Shown here piece after piece: positions 34,225-46,980 of a stretch of 52,923 nucleotides of DNA. Every line of letters starts with the position of its first letter. The first letter of the stretch is position 1. The position numbers were made by a program, and so were the translations under genes. Origin of the DNA: Schmidtea nova (Eukaryota). The notes under the pieces were generated by a model. It saw only the letters and a program-made list of their open reading frames with translations. It did not search any database and was not told where the DNA came from. Where the stretch lies: assembly GCA_044892505.1 (NCBI GenBank), contig CM097882.1, forward strand, positions 365,118,001 through 365,170,923, in the 5' to 3' direction.

Positions 34225-35060
34225 AGCATAGAATTGTAATTTAGCATAGAATTGTATTTTAATAAATGTTGATAATATCAATTTTGATTTTTAAATATTA
34301 TTAAGTTTTAAAATGTTTATTGAAGATTGTAAAATTTTTTAAGCTTTTAACAAAATTTGACCTTTGACCTTAAAATAAAAATTTAATATAATATAATAGG
34401 GTATGTAATCAAAAAAATATAATGGCGTCATCAGTTACACATTAAAAAATAATACGATGGCATCGATTACATAATATATTTTTATTAATGTATGCAAAAA
34501 TAATTTATAGTGAAGGTCGCTGGATTTTCATTGTCTATGATTTATCAATTACATAATTTCATTTATTTTCGATCCCACGTAACTACCTACTGATTTGAAC
34601 TCAGTTTTCTGTGCTTGTTTAGTCAAATCCCAATAATATTTATTCGAAACTCAATTCAATTACTCTTTAATACTTTTTTTTTAAATTAGACTTTATATCA
34701 ATTAGACATATTTTTAATTGCTATTTTATTATCATAAATTAATAAATTAAATGTTTTATTTATTTTTATTCTTTCAGACTTAAAAATAAAATTTTTATTT
34801 TTATTATAAAAACAAGGTTTTTTCCTAAACAACACAAACTTTAGGCTCTACTTTCTTCAAGTATATTTAAGCCTTCAATTTTCACCCGAATATCTTAAAT
34901 GATATTACAAAATTCTATTCGATTAAATATTATAAATAATTAATAAATAGAATTTTTAAATATTGGATCAATATTTAAAATTATTTATCTTATAGATTTT
35001 TTAAATAAATGTGAATATAAAATGTAATATAATTGCATTTAATATATCTGTAGTGCCTTC

Positions 35061-35096
<36 letters not shown>

Positions 35097-35156
35097 TTTA
35101 TTTATATTTTAAATAATTTTAGATGTATAACTTACATATAATTAAATTAAAAATAT

Positions 35157-35240
<84 letters not shown>

Positions 35241-35299
35241 TTAAAAATATATACTTATTTATAAAGAGTTGTTTGAATAATGAAAAAAAATGGCAGAAC

Positions 35300-35389
35300 A
35301 TGAATTTAGATAAATCCAAGCAGCACCAAGTATATAAAGAGAAGATGAATTTAGACAAATGCAAGCAGCACCAAGTATATAAAAAGAAA
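35300..35389. repeat. 45-bp tandem duplication
   Basis: atgaatttaga(t/c)aaat(c/g)caagcagcaccaagtatataaa x2. Confidence 0.85.
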
Positions 35390-35889
35390 TAGCAAGAGAA
35401 GATGGAGCTCAAAAATGTTAATAAAATTCAGCCTCTAGTAACAACCCTTTATATTTTTAATAAAAATCTTTGGCTGTTTATGTTTATTTATTCAGCCACG
35501 ATAATATCAATATATTTCACGTGGTTAAACTATTTATTTAAACTAAATAATAATTTTTTTTAAAAAATTATTCTTAACGTAATTATTATAAATGCCAGAA
35601 GTTCTAAAAATAAACAGCAACTCTAATAATAATTATTAATGCAACGGTTTGTTAAATTAATTTCAAATCAATTTCAAATAAAAAATATATAATAATTATG
35701 TTATTACAAATTTTTAAAAAGTTATTTCACAAAAGTCTATTTCAAAAATGGTTTTTAATGTTTTTAGTAAAATATTTTACCTTATTATTACCTCAATCAC
35801 TTTTTTCATTTATTTAATTCAACTAATTCACAAATTTTCAGTTCAACATTTATCTTTATAAGAATGAATAAAATTTAAATACAATTAAA

Positions 35890-36097
35890 AATTATATTGT
35901 TTCACCTTTGATCTTTTTTTAATATTAATATCAAAAATTCCCATAATGGTAAGACTTAAGGTCAAAATTTATTTAAACAAGCACACAATATTTCGGCACA
36001 GCCTTTATCAAGTTATCAAGATAAAGGCTGTTCCGAAATATTGTGTACTTGTTTAAAGAAATATTGATCTATAATCATACCATTATGGAAATTAAAA
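35890..36097. repeat. Penelope 3'-end fold-back repeat with two hammerhead-like remnants
   Basis: Minus arm has cttgataaaggctgtgccgaaatattgtg (35984-36012) plus a long tail; plus arm gataaaggctgttccgaaatattgtg from about 36020 has a short tail. Confidence 0.85.
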
Positions 36098-36199
36098 AGT
36101 AATATTCAGTAACTACTAAATACTCATTTGAATAAATTCGAAATATTCTATTATCAATAAATAATAGAAAAATATTATTAATTAGAGAAAAATCATAAT

Positions 36200-37192
36200 T
36201 TATTTATCGTTTTTGACTGAAAGCAATTTCTTTTCTGCATTTCCAAATGATGCTAAAGTTTCTTCAATAAGTTTGAACGGGTTTGTGTTATCAGAATACA
36301 TTAAAGTACCGAATAAAACGAACACTACAGAAATCCACTGAATTGAATTAAACATAACTCCTGAAATAAAAAGTGCCAAGACTAAATTAAGAAATCTACG
36401 AATTGTTGCAATAATAGTGACTGTCAAGCCACTATTGTTGGCGATAATTTGAAAATTGTATCGCATGAAGCCATACTGACCGAGTACATTTATCACATAA
36501 ACCGTCCATAATGGGATCATGAATGGACATGATTCTATCCACTTGATCTCTATCAATGACAGCATTGAGGCCAATTTGAATTCTTGAAATATTTGCTGGT
36601 ACATTGTAAGAAAGGGTACCAATGCCAGAACATGAACATAAAAAGTATATTCACTGGTATGTTGTCCATATATAGTGAATGTCTTTTCAGCTTGGACTTG
36701 CAAAATGGCCATCAAGACCAGTGATATGGCTAATAACATCATTCCGTACATCATAGTAGTGGAGACTGAGTTCACAGCAAATGACTGGTCGTTAACAATG
36801 ATTAAAACGATTCCTGTTGTTAGCAGACAAACAGAAAAATATTTATTCATGCCATACTTACTTTTTAGAAACAACCGTCCAATAATTACATTCAATAACA
36901 ATGAACTGGATCTAAAGATATTTTGTATAGGAATGGAGATTTGATATGACAAACATCGGTTTGACAAAACATGAATTAAGTAAAACAAAATCATATTTTT
37001 CATATATTCTTTAATGGGAATTTTCGGTTTTGAGAATCCTTTTGAATAGAGCAAGAAAAATTGTAAACAAGAAATGCCGAAGAAATGTAAAAATGTCAAC
37101 AGAAATGTGCATTTGTTGCAGGATTTCAGGATCAAAGTCAGAGTGAGTAAATTTGTTATACTACACGCTGTTGTTATTATGACGGATTTCAT
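36200..37192 (-). CDS. SLC35B4: SLC35B4/YEA4-like nucleotide-sugar transporter, paralogue 3, intronless
   Basis: 330-aa multi-TM ORF; PIQNIFRSSSL, LTVTIIATIRRFLNL, FVLFGTLMYS. Family-level assignment. Confidence 0.85.
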   Translation of the reverse strand: MKSVIITTACSITNLLTLTLILKSCNKCTFLLTFLHFFGISCLQFFLLYSKGFSKPKIPIKEYMKNMILFYLIHVLSNRCLSYQISIPIQNIFRSSSLLLNVIIGRLFLKSKYGMNKYFSVCLLTTGIVLIIVNDQSFAVNSVSTTMMYGMMLLAISLVLMAILQVQAEKTFTIYGQHTSEYTFYVHVLALVPFLTMYQQIFQEFKLASMLSLIEIKWIESCPFMIPLWTVYVINVLGQYGFMRYNFQIIANNSGLTVTIIATIRRFLNLVLALFISGVMFNSIQWISVVFVLFGTLMYSDNTNPFKLIEETLASFGNAEKKLLSVKNDK

Positions 37193-39644
37193 TGAGCTTT
37201 TTCGGATAATTAACGAAGAATGAAAAACATATTTCGAATTAAAACAAAATTCATTTACAGAATAAAGTTTAAGGAAATTGAATCAAATTGCGGAAAAATG
37301 TTTTAAGTTTCGAACATTACGAAAAATAATTTTTAAAAATTAAAAAAATTATTAAGTATGCTCTTGCATCGGTTTGACGTTGTGATATAATAATTTTGAT
37401 GAGTTGAAACAATCGCTTGGTACCAAGAACACGGCCAAATGTGCGAAGGAGCAAAAGCGCAAACAAAACAGAGTTGAGAAATGACCGATTCCCAAAAATA
37501 TTTTGCATTTACGAATATTAACGTTTTCAATATTTTAAAGTTCTCTCTTTTAACTTTTAAGAGTTTCATTTGTATATTTTACTTTGAATATTTCCTTTTT
37601 AACTTGTATGTTAAAAAACTATAAAGATACTTTCTGAAATTTAAATACAACAAAATTGTTATAATATGATTTTAATTATATTATTTACAGCCGTAGTTCT
37701 AAAATTAGATGGCACAACTCTTTTGGAGGGCGTTTGGTTAAACTAAAAGGGTGATCGACGCATGCCAATTTTACTCTTAACTCAGGTGTTCATGGCAACT
37801 AACTGACCATTTACAAGTATTTTAGACTTTTTTTGTGACCCATGAATTCTTTCCTGATTGTTAACGCATTAGCGCTACTTGTTCCAGTTTATTTTATCTC
37901 GCCGTCTGACTAGTCATAAATTCCTAAGAGAAACAAACGATGAAAATTTCGAAGTATAAAATAAATATATGATATATATTAGATATATGAAATAAATCAT
38001 ATATTTCGGTGAGTTCAATTTAATTTTACATTATACTGTAATAAATAAATGTTTCGGAAAATTGAATATAAATATTTTATTTTATATTCACGACTGAGTC
38101 GTTTTGACTACAGGTGGTGGGTGCGTTGGGGAAATGTTTATGGATGCTAGAGGTGGTATCTCCAAAAGGTAAGGAGAATCACTGAGAATCTCCTTCGTGC
38201 GGTCAGCTACTAATAAATATAATTTAACAACTGGCGAATTCATTCTAATGAATTCACTATTAATACTTCAATTACAATTAACTTTGTACGGTATTGAATT
38301 CGGTGAGTGATTTTTTATTACCACGTTTTATGAGCTCCTTGATATTTTTAACAAATTTTAGTTATCATTTTAATTCCATAAAATCTAACAGTGAGTTCGA
38401 AGTCAGTGATGTTAGCAGCTTGGCCACAATATCCAATCTTTCAGTGCTTCACAGATCTCAAATTTTCTCCTGACAAAGTTTACTTTTCAAATGTAACTTC
38501 CCGCTGCAGCACGAGGGGCTCGCCATCTTTACTATCTGATACCTTTTCATCCACTGAACTGTTATCCTTATCTTTTTTAGCTTGAATCCAATTTTGTAAA
38601 AGAAATGGAAAATTTTATTTGTGTAAGGTTGATTTTCATCAATTTCTGTTCATTATTATATCTCTTATACTCGTGGCATCATTGAAACTGATTATAAATT
38701 GGCAAAACAAAAATCAAATTTTTTCTTTCGTTCTTATTCAAAGTTTCCTAAACTGTTTTTAATTTTATTCTTTTCGTCAAAAATTATCTGATAATATTTT
38801 AGTGAATTACAGTTTGCATTATTTATATTTTTATTTACATGTACCATAAAATGAGCGAAAGTCCCTTTATTATTTTGAAATGTTTCTATAGATAATTTTA
38901 AAAGTTTTCATCCAAAGTAACATATAAAGATTCTAATAAAGTATTCTTTTTTTCTACCAAAATTATTGGTTTTGTTATTTATTAGGTTATCATGTTTGAC
39001 GTTGGCTGTTTTGTTTTAGTCTTTACAGTTTTAGAGTTTTCTCAACAACAATTGCGTATATTTCTCGGTAAACTTTAAAGTAATCAACCTCTTAAAAAAA
39101 TTCGTTGTCAATTTAATTTTTCTTTTAGAACTCAATTTTACTTCTTCCTTAGGTAAACATGAACAGACATTCAACTTACGATTTTCGTCTTTTATTTTTG
39201 TACGAGTTGTACGGCGCCAAAACCGCAAGAAACATAAATTCTGCATTTCCAGTGCTTATGTTAGCAGTGAGATTCTGGTTACACAAAACCTTTCTAGTAA
39301 TGATTGTAGCCTTGTAGGCCAGGGGAAAGTTTGACCTGGCACATTTTAACTATAATTGTTTTAAGCAATTTGTTTTATAATTAGTATAGAATTCTTTTAC
39401 TTCTCGAATGTTTTTTGTTTAAAATAACAAAGATTTATAAAAATTTGTTCTAATTTGTTTTACTGTGTAAAATCATTTGTAGTTTCTTATAAGTTTTCTC
39501 AAGAAATTCGATGTTAATTTTATAAATAGTAATCTTAGAAATTATTGAAAAGAAAAGTTAAGCTATTATTTAAAAAAAACACAATATAATTAAAAAAAAT
39601 AAATAAATAAAATTTATATTTTTTTATCATTAACATCTCTCATT

Positions 39645-39790
39645 TTCACCTTTGATATTTTCGTTTCTATTTCCGAAATTTTCGTTTTTTATTAAGACTA
39701 GATCATTATATTTTTAAAAGTCACACGGTTATGAAAAGTCTGTGCAAAAACTTCGTAAAATTTCTAAAAACATTTTGATCAAGTCTTTAA
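39645..39790. repeat. Old Penelope 3'-end fold-back repeat
   Basis: ttcacctttgat...gactagatca (minus tail) facing gtctgtgcaaaa...ttttgatcaagtc (plus arm); strongly diverged. Confidence 0.45.
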
Positions 39791-41049
39791 AAATGAAAAA
39801 TATGTTTTTTAATAAATAAATTAATAATGATCAAAACACATACAACATATTACATTATATTAAATTTAAAATTTCCAAAAATATAGAAAATCTTATATTT
39901 GAAAATTTGTTTGGATTTAGAAATTTGTTGAATCGAGTTTATCGCCATTGCTAAAATATAAACAAATATTAGAAACATTTTATTTATTTCAAAACCTTGG
40001 GCTCAATTTGCTTGCATATCGATCATCAGTCTCCCAGTCGGCTTTATTTCCGGGTCCCCAATTATCCTTTGAAGTTTTAGTCTAAAATTGTCAGTAATTT
40101 ATTGAAAATATTTTGATATTAATTTCACATTTATCTTATTAATTTGAATTTTTAAAGAAAAGTTATTTTTTGATAAAGTTACCAAAAATTTAATATATTT
40201 ATATATTGTAAAGGACACCGTAATTATAACAAGGGTAACTTGCAAGAATCCAAATAAAATGGTAAAAGATTTAAATATCATATTCGCTTCAAGAACTAAA
40301 AATACATATTATTGTAATTTTTTCGTTACAAACATAATTAAAAAGTTTTTAAATTTTTATTGTAGAAAAAAATTGGAAATTCAAACAAAAATATTTTAGA
40401 AATTTAATTCAATTAAATAAAATTGAATAAAATGTAAAATATGTTATTTTATGTTGATTAAATAACTCCCCAGAGATCTAGATGCTCTTTGATGTGTGCT
40501 AGGTAAGTCGTCCCATTGATATTCGTTCTTGCACTCCGTTTCGTAATATTTCAATTGTCTTGAGATCACGATATCTGTTTGTAATTAAGATGCCCCCCTT
40601 ATACATTGACTAATTTTCTTTTTATTTATTTTCATAATTATACATATTTAGAGGATTACATTTACTTTGGTAGATAACTTCTTACCAAGCTATGATTTCT
40701 CATTAAGTTTCTCAACATATACATTTTGTTGTAAGAAATGTATTTTTCGTAAGAACCTTATGGTCTGGAGAAGACCTCTGATCCACGAAATTGATACCTT
40801 ATGTCTCCAGCTTTAGATTTTTAATGATAATATTGCATTGACCGATGATTTATTTTTGTAATCTTATTAGATCAGCAATTGTATGCTTGTTAATGTAACC
40901 TAATAACATCAAATATGAGCTTGCTAATTCTTCAAAGGGAAAGAAATTACTTAAAAATAATATAGACAGCTATCATGATAATTAATTTTGCAAAAAGACT
41001 TATTATAAATTAATTGAAATAAACAAAAGATACAAAAAGAAGAAGTAAC

Positions 41050-42130
41050 AAAGTTTAAAATTTTCAATAATGTCTTAAAAACGAACAAAATGAAAATAGA
41101 GATACCAAAAGAAAAGGTAATAAAAATTTTAGAGCAGACTCGCCAAGCACTTTGCCTTGCTGGACTAAAGAAAGTACAGCATTACGTTTCATAAACATTT
41201 GATTTTGAAAAGAAACGAGAACCAAAGAAAAATACTTTTAATGTTGTGAGGAATTCCTTAAGGCAAAGGACATTGACAATATGTTCGAAAGAAACAATGG
41301 TTAAAAAATAATGATTCCGATTTATTTGAAACCATTTCTTTTGATTTTTGCAACCCGTTGAAAACTAACATTCATGTAAAAAAGATATATTTTGTCAAAA
41401 ATGGATCAATTTAAAAAATATATTTCACTAAAGGCAGAGTCAAATTAAAGAAAGAAACTGCCACAGCTGTTTTAAAGAACAACTGAATTTGAAAATATGT
41501 AGTATCGAAGTCTATACACTGCGAATGAGAGAAATTGCTCGATGCAAAACTAATTAAGGACCTAATAAAACTTCCAATAGCGTATTTGAGTGCAATCACC
41601 GATTTGGTAATGGAATGATTGCAAAAAAGTTTATAACTTTACAAGATGCAATACCAATTTTCTTAACAGGTAAAATATTTTAAATACTGGGCAAAATTAC
41701 TACGAGAAGTGAAATTTATACCTAATTCAACAATTCAAAGAAAAGTAAGTTTCAGTCAGAAAGAGATAGTACAAGGTAAAAAATATCTATAAAGAAAGGC
41801 AAAAAACGACAATGAAGACTTAACTATAGAAGAATAAGTTGAAATGATAAATAAAAAAGGGAAAGAATTAAAATACAAGTAAAAAATGAAAGAAACGTTA
41901 CATTAAATAAAGAGTTAAGTGACAATCGAGAACTTGATGTTGGTAATAAGGTATAAATTAAAGAGGATTTCGTAACAAAGGAGGATAATAGACATGATCC
42001 CTGGAGAAATAATAGAGTAACAACGTAATCACAGCTAAAATGAAAGCAGGAAAAATAAAAACTAGAAATATGGATTGGTTTAAGAAATTTAAAAAACGAA
42101 GGAGATTATTCCTAAAATAAGAGGAGGTCA
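41050..42130 (+). pseudogene. Decayed Gypsy integrase relic
   Basis: IEIPKEKVIKIL..., MDQFKKYISL...TAVLKNN resembling IDRFSKLVSL...ILNNWIY of the 6.3-6.9 kb integrase; purine tract aagaggagg at the end. Confidence 0.55.
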
Positions 42131-42761
42131 GATCTAATTAAATAATATTTTAGTATTAATATTTTATAAATTTTTTAGTATGTTTAAATTAATATTTTAA
42201 ATTACGCTGACTACGTACAACATTGTGAACAGTTGTTTCACATTGTCACCTGTACCACATTTTAATCATTGTTTTCTTTACGCGGCAATTTAAAAAAAAT
42301 CTATTTTTATACAATTTTCAACCATACTGGGTTGTTATTTGAAATCGACATTTTAATAATATATAATATATATTTATAATATATATAGATATATTATTAA
42401 TTAGTATTTATACTGTGACATTTAGCAAATAATTTATGTTCTTTTTTTAATTAGTCGAATGAATTGTTAACAATAATTTATTTTTATTAAATTTAAATAA
42501 ATTTATGATGTGCTATTTATTATAATTTCTTTAGCTGTAGAACCGTCGTTTTACATTTACTCTCAAGAAATCTGGTTACCGTATTTTAACTTGTTATTTT
42601 ATATTTGGATTTTCTGAAAGAAACTATAAAAATGGAAATAATTCCAATAATTACAGTTCTGTAAATAATTGTAAATATCCATAATTTTTTAAAACTTTGA
42701 AAATAATACAAAAGAATAAGATAATTTAATGGAAATATAAATAATTAAAATTAAATCTTAC

Positions 42762-45700
42762 TACTCCTTTAAAAATTGCATAATATATAAAATACACTAC
42801 AATATTAATGACACCGGCAAGGGTCATTAAATAACCAAGAACATTCGCCCAGACTGGCAACGTGTAATTTCCAAATTTTGTTGGCCTGTGATACATGAAA
42901 CTTAAAACCAGAATAAACTAAAATTTATAAAGTAAAACATAATAAATTTATTTAAAATAATAAAAATCATAATACTATTATTGTTAATGGTGTAATTACC
43001 ATCCAGCATGCAACCCAATAATACCCTGGTTTGAACCCCAGCATCATCTTGATGTCTTTCATAAAATTTTTGATACCTAAATGCCAGTAATATTAAGTTA
43101 ATATATGATTTTATTTTCCTTATATTTTAGCTTAAGCTTGAAGCCAATGTAGGGAGGTAGAAAATAAATAACGGCCTAAGAAGTAGAATTTAATAGCATC
43201 AGGTTATGAAATTGTAGTTCTTAAACAGTCATTTATTCTCTACATCTCTTCATTGGTTTCAACTCTCAGTTAGGGAAACTGAGCATATCCACTTGTTATC
43301 AGTCTACTAAAATCGACTGATCACAATGAAATATACTGATACATGTTATTAAAATGTACTTGTATAATTCATAGTAATTAATAGATTTTGGAGTCTAATA
43401 ATGATGAGTGGATCTGCTCAATTTTATATATGGTCAAGCGTTTCTCTCTTTATAATTAACATTGGATCACGTTAGACATGCCTCCCAATTAACTACTATT
43501 CCACAATGGTCGCGCTTTTAGAAATATTTTCATAGTTTTTTTAACCAATCAAATTGAGATATTAGACTGCAGCATTGAAAAGATACAAATCTAATAGAGA
43601 CAATAATCGCTTTACCCTTTTTGTCCAGTATTTCTCTTTATTAAAAAAAGCAATTCGAAAGCAGCGTCTTTTTCTTAAAATATTTTTTTGTCTTCGTTTT
43701 TAGATAACTTTAATCATTCTTTTGTTACGCAGGAATTAGTTCTTATTTTCATAATCTTTCAATAGTTGGACACTTTATTCATCTGGTAGATTGACCATTG
43801 AAAAGATTTCAAATTCTCAATGCGTTAATTCGCGAATTTCATAAGTTTTTCTTTGAACGGTAACATAGTAAAAATATTTTGATTTTCATTCATTCAAGAT
43901 ATTTAATTATTCAAGCTTGCAATTTCTCTACCGTTTGAACCTTATTTTACATGTTTAGCCAATTGCTCAGACCTTTGTAAAGTAGGTTTATCATCCTTTA
44001 ATTCTTTAAATAATTCCAAGTAATTTATGATAAAAATGATTCCGATTTCTTTCAAAAGCCTTTACTGTTGAAGATTTTCACGATTAATATTCAATGAGTT
44101 TTTTTCAATGTCCACTATATTTTTGACAAATTTCAGATATTTAAATATAAAAATTCCTCAATGAAAATAAAATTCTTTAATGTTTTCTATTCATCTAATC
44201 TTAAAAGATTTTAATCTTTTAAATTTCGCCAAATGATGTTAAGCGAAATTAAAGCATATGAAACAAAAAAAATTTAAATTAAGTAAAAAAAAAATAAAAA
44301 CCATAAACATAAATTTACTCATTATAACTAAAATATTTCTAGAAGCAGAAAGTTGCCATATATTTATATTTTTTCAAGACTTCAGCGAAAAAAGTGAAAT
44401 GAATCAACAACAATTATACTTTGGGGAGGGTTATGCTCAATGTGCCAAATTACTTTCGAGGAAGTCTACGCATAGGGAAAATAAACAAAATCTTACCATA
44501 TAAGTACGATATTGTTATCAATTCACAAATCCCAATAATCTGTAATGTGAAAGTGCCACTATAATCATCCATGATAGAAAACATATATATTCCTCCCTAG
44601 AAGTTTTATAATTAAAAATTAAAACTAAAACTAATAATTTACTTTCGAAACGCATGAAATCCCAAGAAAAAACAAAACAATTTGCACTGAAATCTTGAAA
44701 ATTATATCAATAAAATGAGTCTTTTTTAATATGGGAAATTCATCTTGGAGACCGGTAAAGATTGCCTCCATTCCTCCAAATTGAGAATCAATTCCCAATG
44801 TCAGAAGCATTAAAAAGAATAAAATTGACCAAAGTGGGGCAACCTTCATTGTCGATAAACTTTGTGCATAGGCTACAAAAGCTAAGCCGGTTCCGCTCGT
44901 AGTGGTTTGTTCGATAGCTCTACCGGTTTGATGTGACATGTAACCAAGAACGGAAAATATTGCAAAACCAGCTACAAAACTTGTCAAACAATTGATAACA
45001 GAAACTAGAAGAGCATCTCTAAACCAAATATAAAATAATCAGAAATATGTGGCATAAAGACGATCAAGATTTAAAAGTCTTCTGATGTAGATTGATATGT
45101 GTAATTAATGGAGAAGAAACTTTTCGCATTTCAATATCTCTCACATAATATTAATCTTTTCAGAAATTATCTATATTTTTATATATCTCTTAAAAATGCT
45201 ACTTCGCGTAGGAAAATTTGTCAACAACATCCTCATTTTGCGCCATAAAATAATAAAGGCTTGCTCTCATTCAACCAAAACAAACTCAAGGTGCAGCCTC
45301 CTATTTACCATATTGATAATACTCAAGATTTTACTCAACTACAACAAAAAATATTATTTAAAATTAAAATTAATTTTTCATTAATTCGAATGTATTTTTC
45401 ACTCATATAAGCCGATGGAAAATTTATAAAATGATTTATATAATTTCAAGAAACCAACTGTTTATGCAAGTCTAAAATAAACTACTTTTCAGATAGAAAT
45501 AGATATATAAATTTTAGATGTCAAATTATTTAGTGCGACATCAATAGAAATGTTTATTTTTTATTACAGAATTTTGTGTAATTGTTACTATTTTCGTACA
45601 AATCGGATCCAGCGTTTGTTCACTTTGTCAGTCTCACTAATCTCAGGTACTAATTGTCATCAATTATTTCCAGTTAATAAACGGATCACATACTTCGGTT

Positions 45701-46980
45701 GGTTCTCCACACGTTTGCAACTGCAACCATTATAATGCCGTAAGTTATTTGATAATTCTATATCATGTATAAATGTAATTTTAGTGCGTGTTCATGCTTA
45801 ATGTACTTTTAATATGGCTCTCCCGTTATTATTGCGCATTCAATCTGTTGAAATGCTTCAGAATGACAATCAGCAAAATTTAATTCAATTCCCCTTTTTA
45901 CATAATCAAATTAATTCTAAAATTTTCATTTATTTTTTATAAAAGGAAATTAGATGAAAAAGTTTTTAAACAAAAAAAATTTAATCTAGTCTATATAAAA
46001 AATGAATATTTCTGAAAGAAAAAAAAAGATCAAAGTTGAAAATAAAAGTTGAAAATTAAATTGTTAATCATAGAATCAATTCTAAAATGCCATAAATTTG
46101 ATCTCTCGATAAAACCACCTAAATCAGATTTTATGGGATGCTGATTGTCATAGCCCGTACGCTGCTTAGAAATGGAGAGTCACTGCCTACCGTAACCGAT
46201 ACTTACTAAGCCAAAATTTATCATTAATGACTAAAACATCGGAAAGACAGGACCAAATTAGAACTAGTACGTCATAGATTACGATGCTTACGCTAGGCTT
46301 GGGTAAGTCAATTTCGTTAAAAATAGGCTATCAACAAGCCATATAAGTGGTTATTTTAATGTACACTTTGGGTCTCTTATTATGACTTTTAAGATATGTC
46401 ATAATAAATAATAATGTAAAATTAAACTATTATTTATGAGAAAGGTTTTCTGTTAAATTATTTATTATATTGCTTTCATAATTTTATTGTGACCTGTAGC
46501 AATTATTCTTAAATTTATTGTAACTAGACATAGTCATTAGACCCCCGAAGGCGACACCAAGTGAATAGAAAATCTGAGTTGCGGCGTCTCTCCAAACCTA
46601 TCAAATTTAATAATTATTTATTTAATAGATATTTTTACTGACTTGTACTGATAATAATTTGTTCCATTTTGGTATCAAATAATATTCGATTCCTTTTTTG
46701 GATCCAGTTAACAAACACCCATTTACCACCATAATAATGATGACAACATAAGGAAAAATAGCTGTAAAATAAACCACCTTAAAAAATATTTGAAATTTAT
46801 TGTTTTAAAGTAATATTTTAAAATACCTTTCCAGAAGACTTAACTCCTTTAATCAAACAAGCCCCACAGATTATCCAAGCTAGCAACAGACATAGACATA
46901 AATGCCATTGAACGGGGCCAAGAAATGGCTCCATTGGTCTTAAATTACCTGAGTAGTCTTCGACACCTAGCACAACTTTT
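42762..46980 (-). CDS. SLC6 Na+/Cl- dependent transporter (glycine/proline-like), 3' part; exons 46980-46827, 46777-46643, 46597-46494, 45018-44643, 44596-44497, 43076-42976, 42917-42762
   Basis: GT-AG exons with consistent phase give [12 protein letters not shown]...[58 protein letters not shown]...[47 protein letters not shown]. The 5' exons (TM1-3) and last exon were not located. Confidence 0.9.
45590..45870 (-). pseudogene. Decayed Gypsy RT-connection/RNase H fragment in SLC6 intron
   Basis: [19 protein letters not shown] resembles the W...C..AF..LK..L...P connection motif; many stops. Confidence 0.35.

Noticed and set aside
18421-36944. Antisense ORFs 18421..18642, 27036..27305, 27375..27614, 36675..36944
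   Set aside because: Opposite-strand shadows of the SLC35 coding sequences.
38391-38590. Minus-strand ABC-transporter-like words (PLVL, IGYCGQ)
   Set aside because: Motifs are out of order, interrupted by stops, and lack Walker A/B; not supportable.
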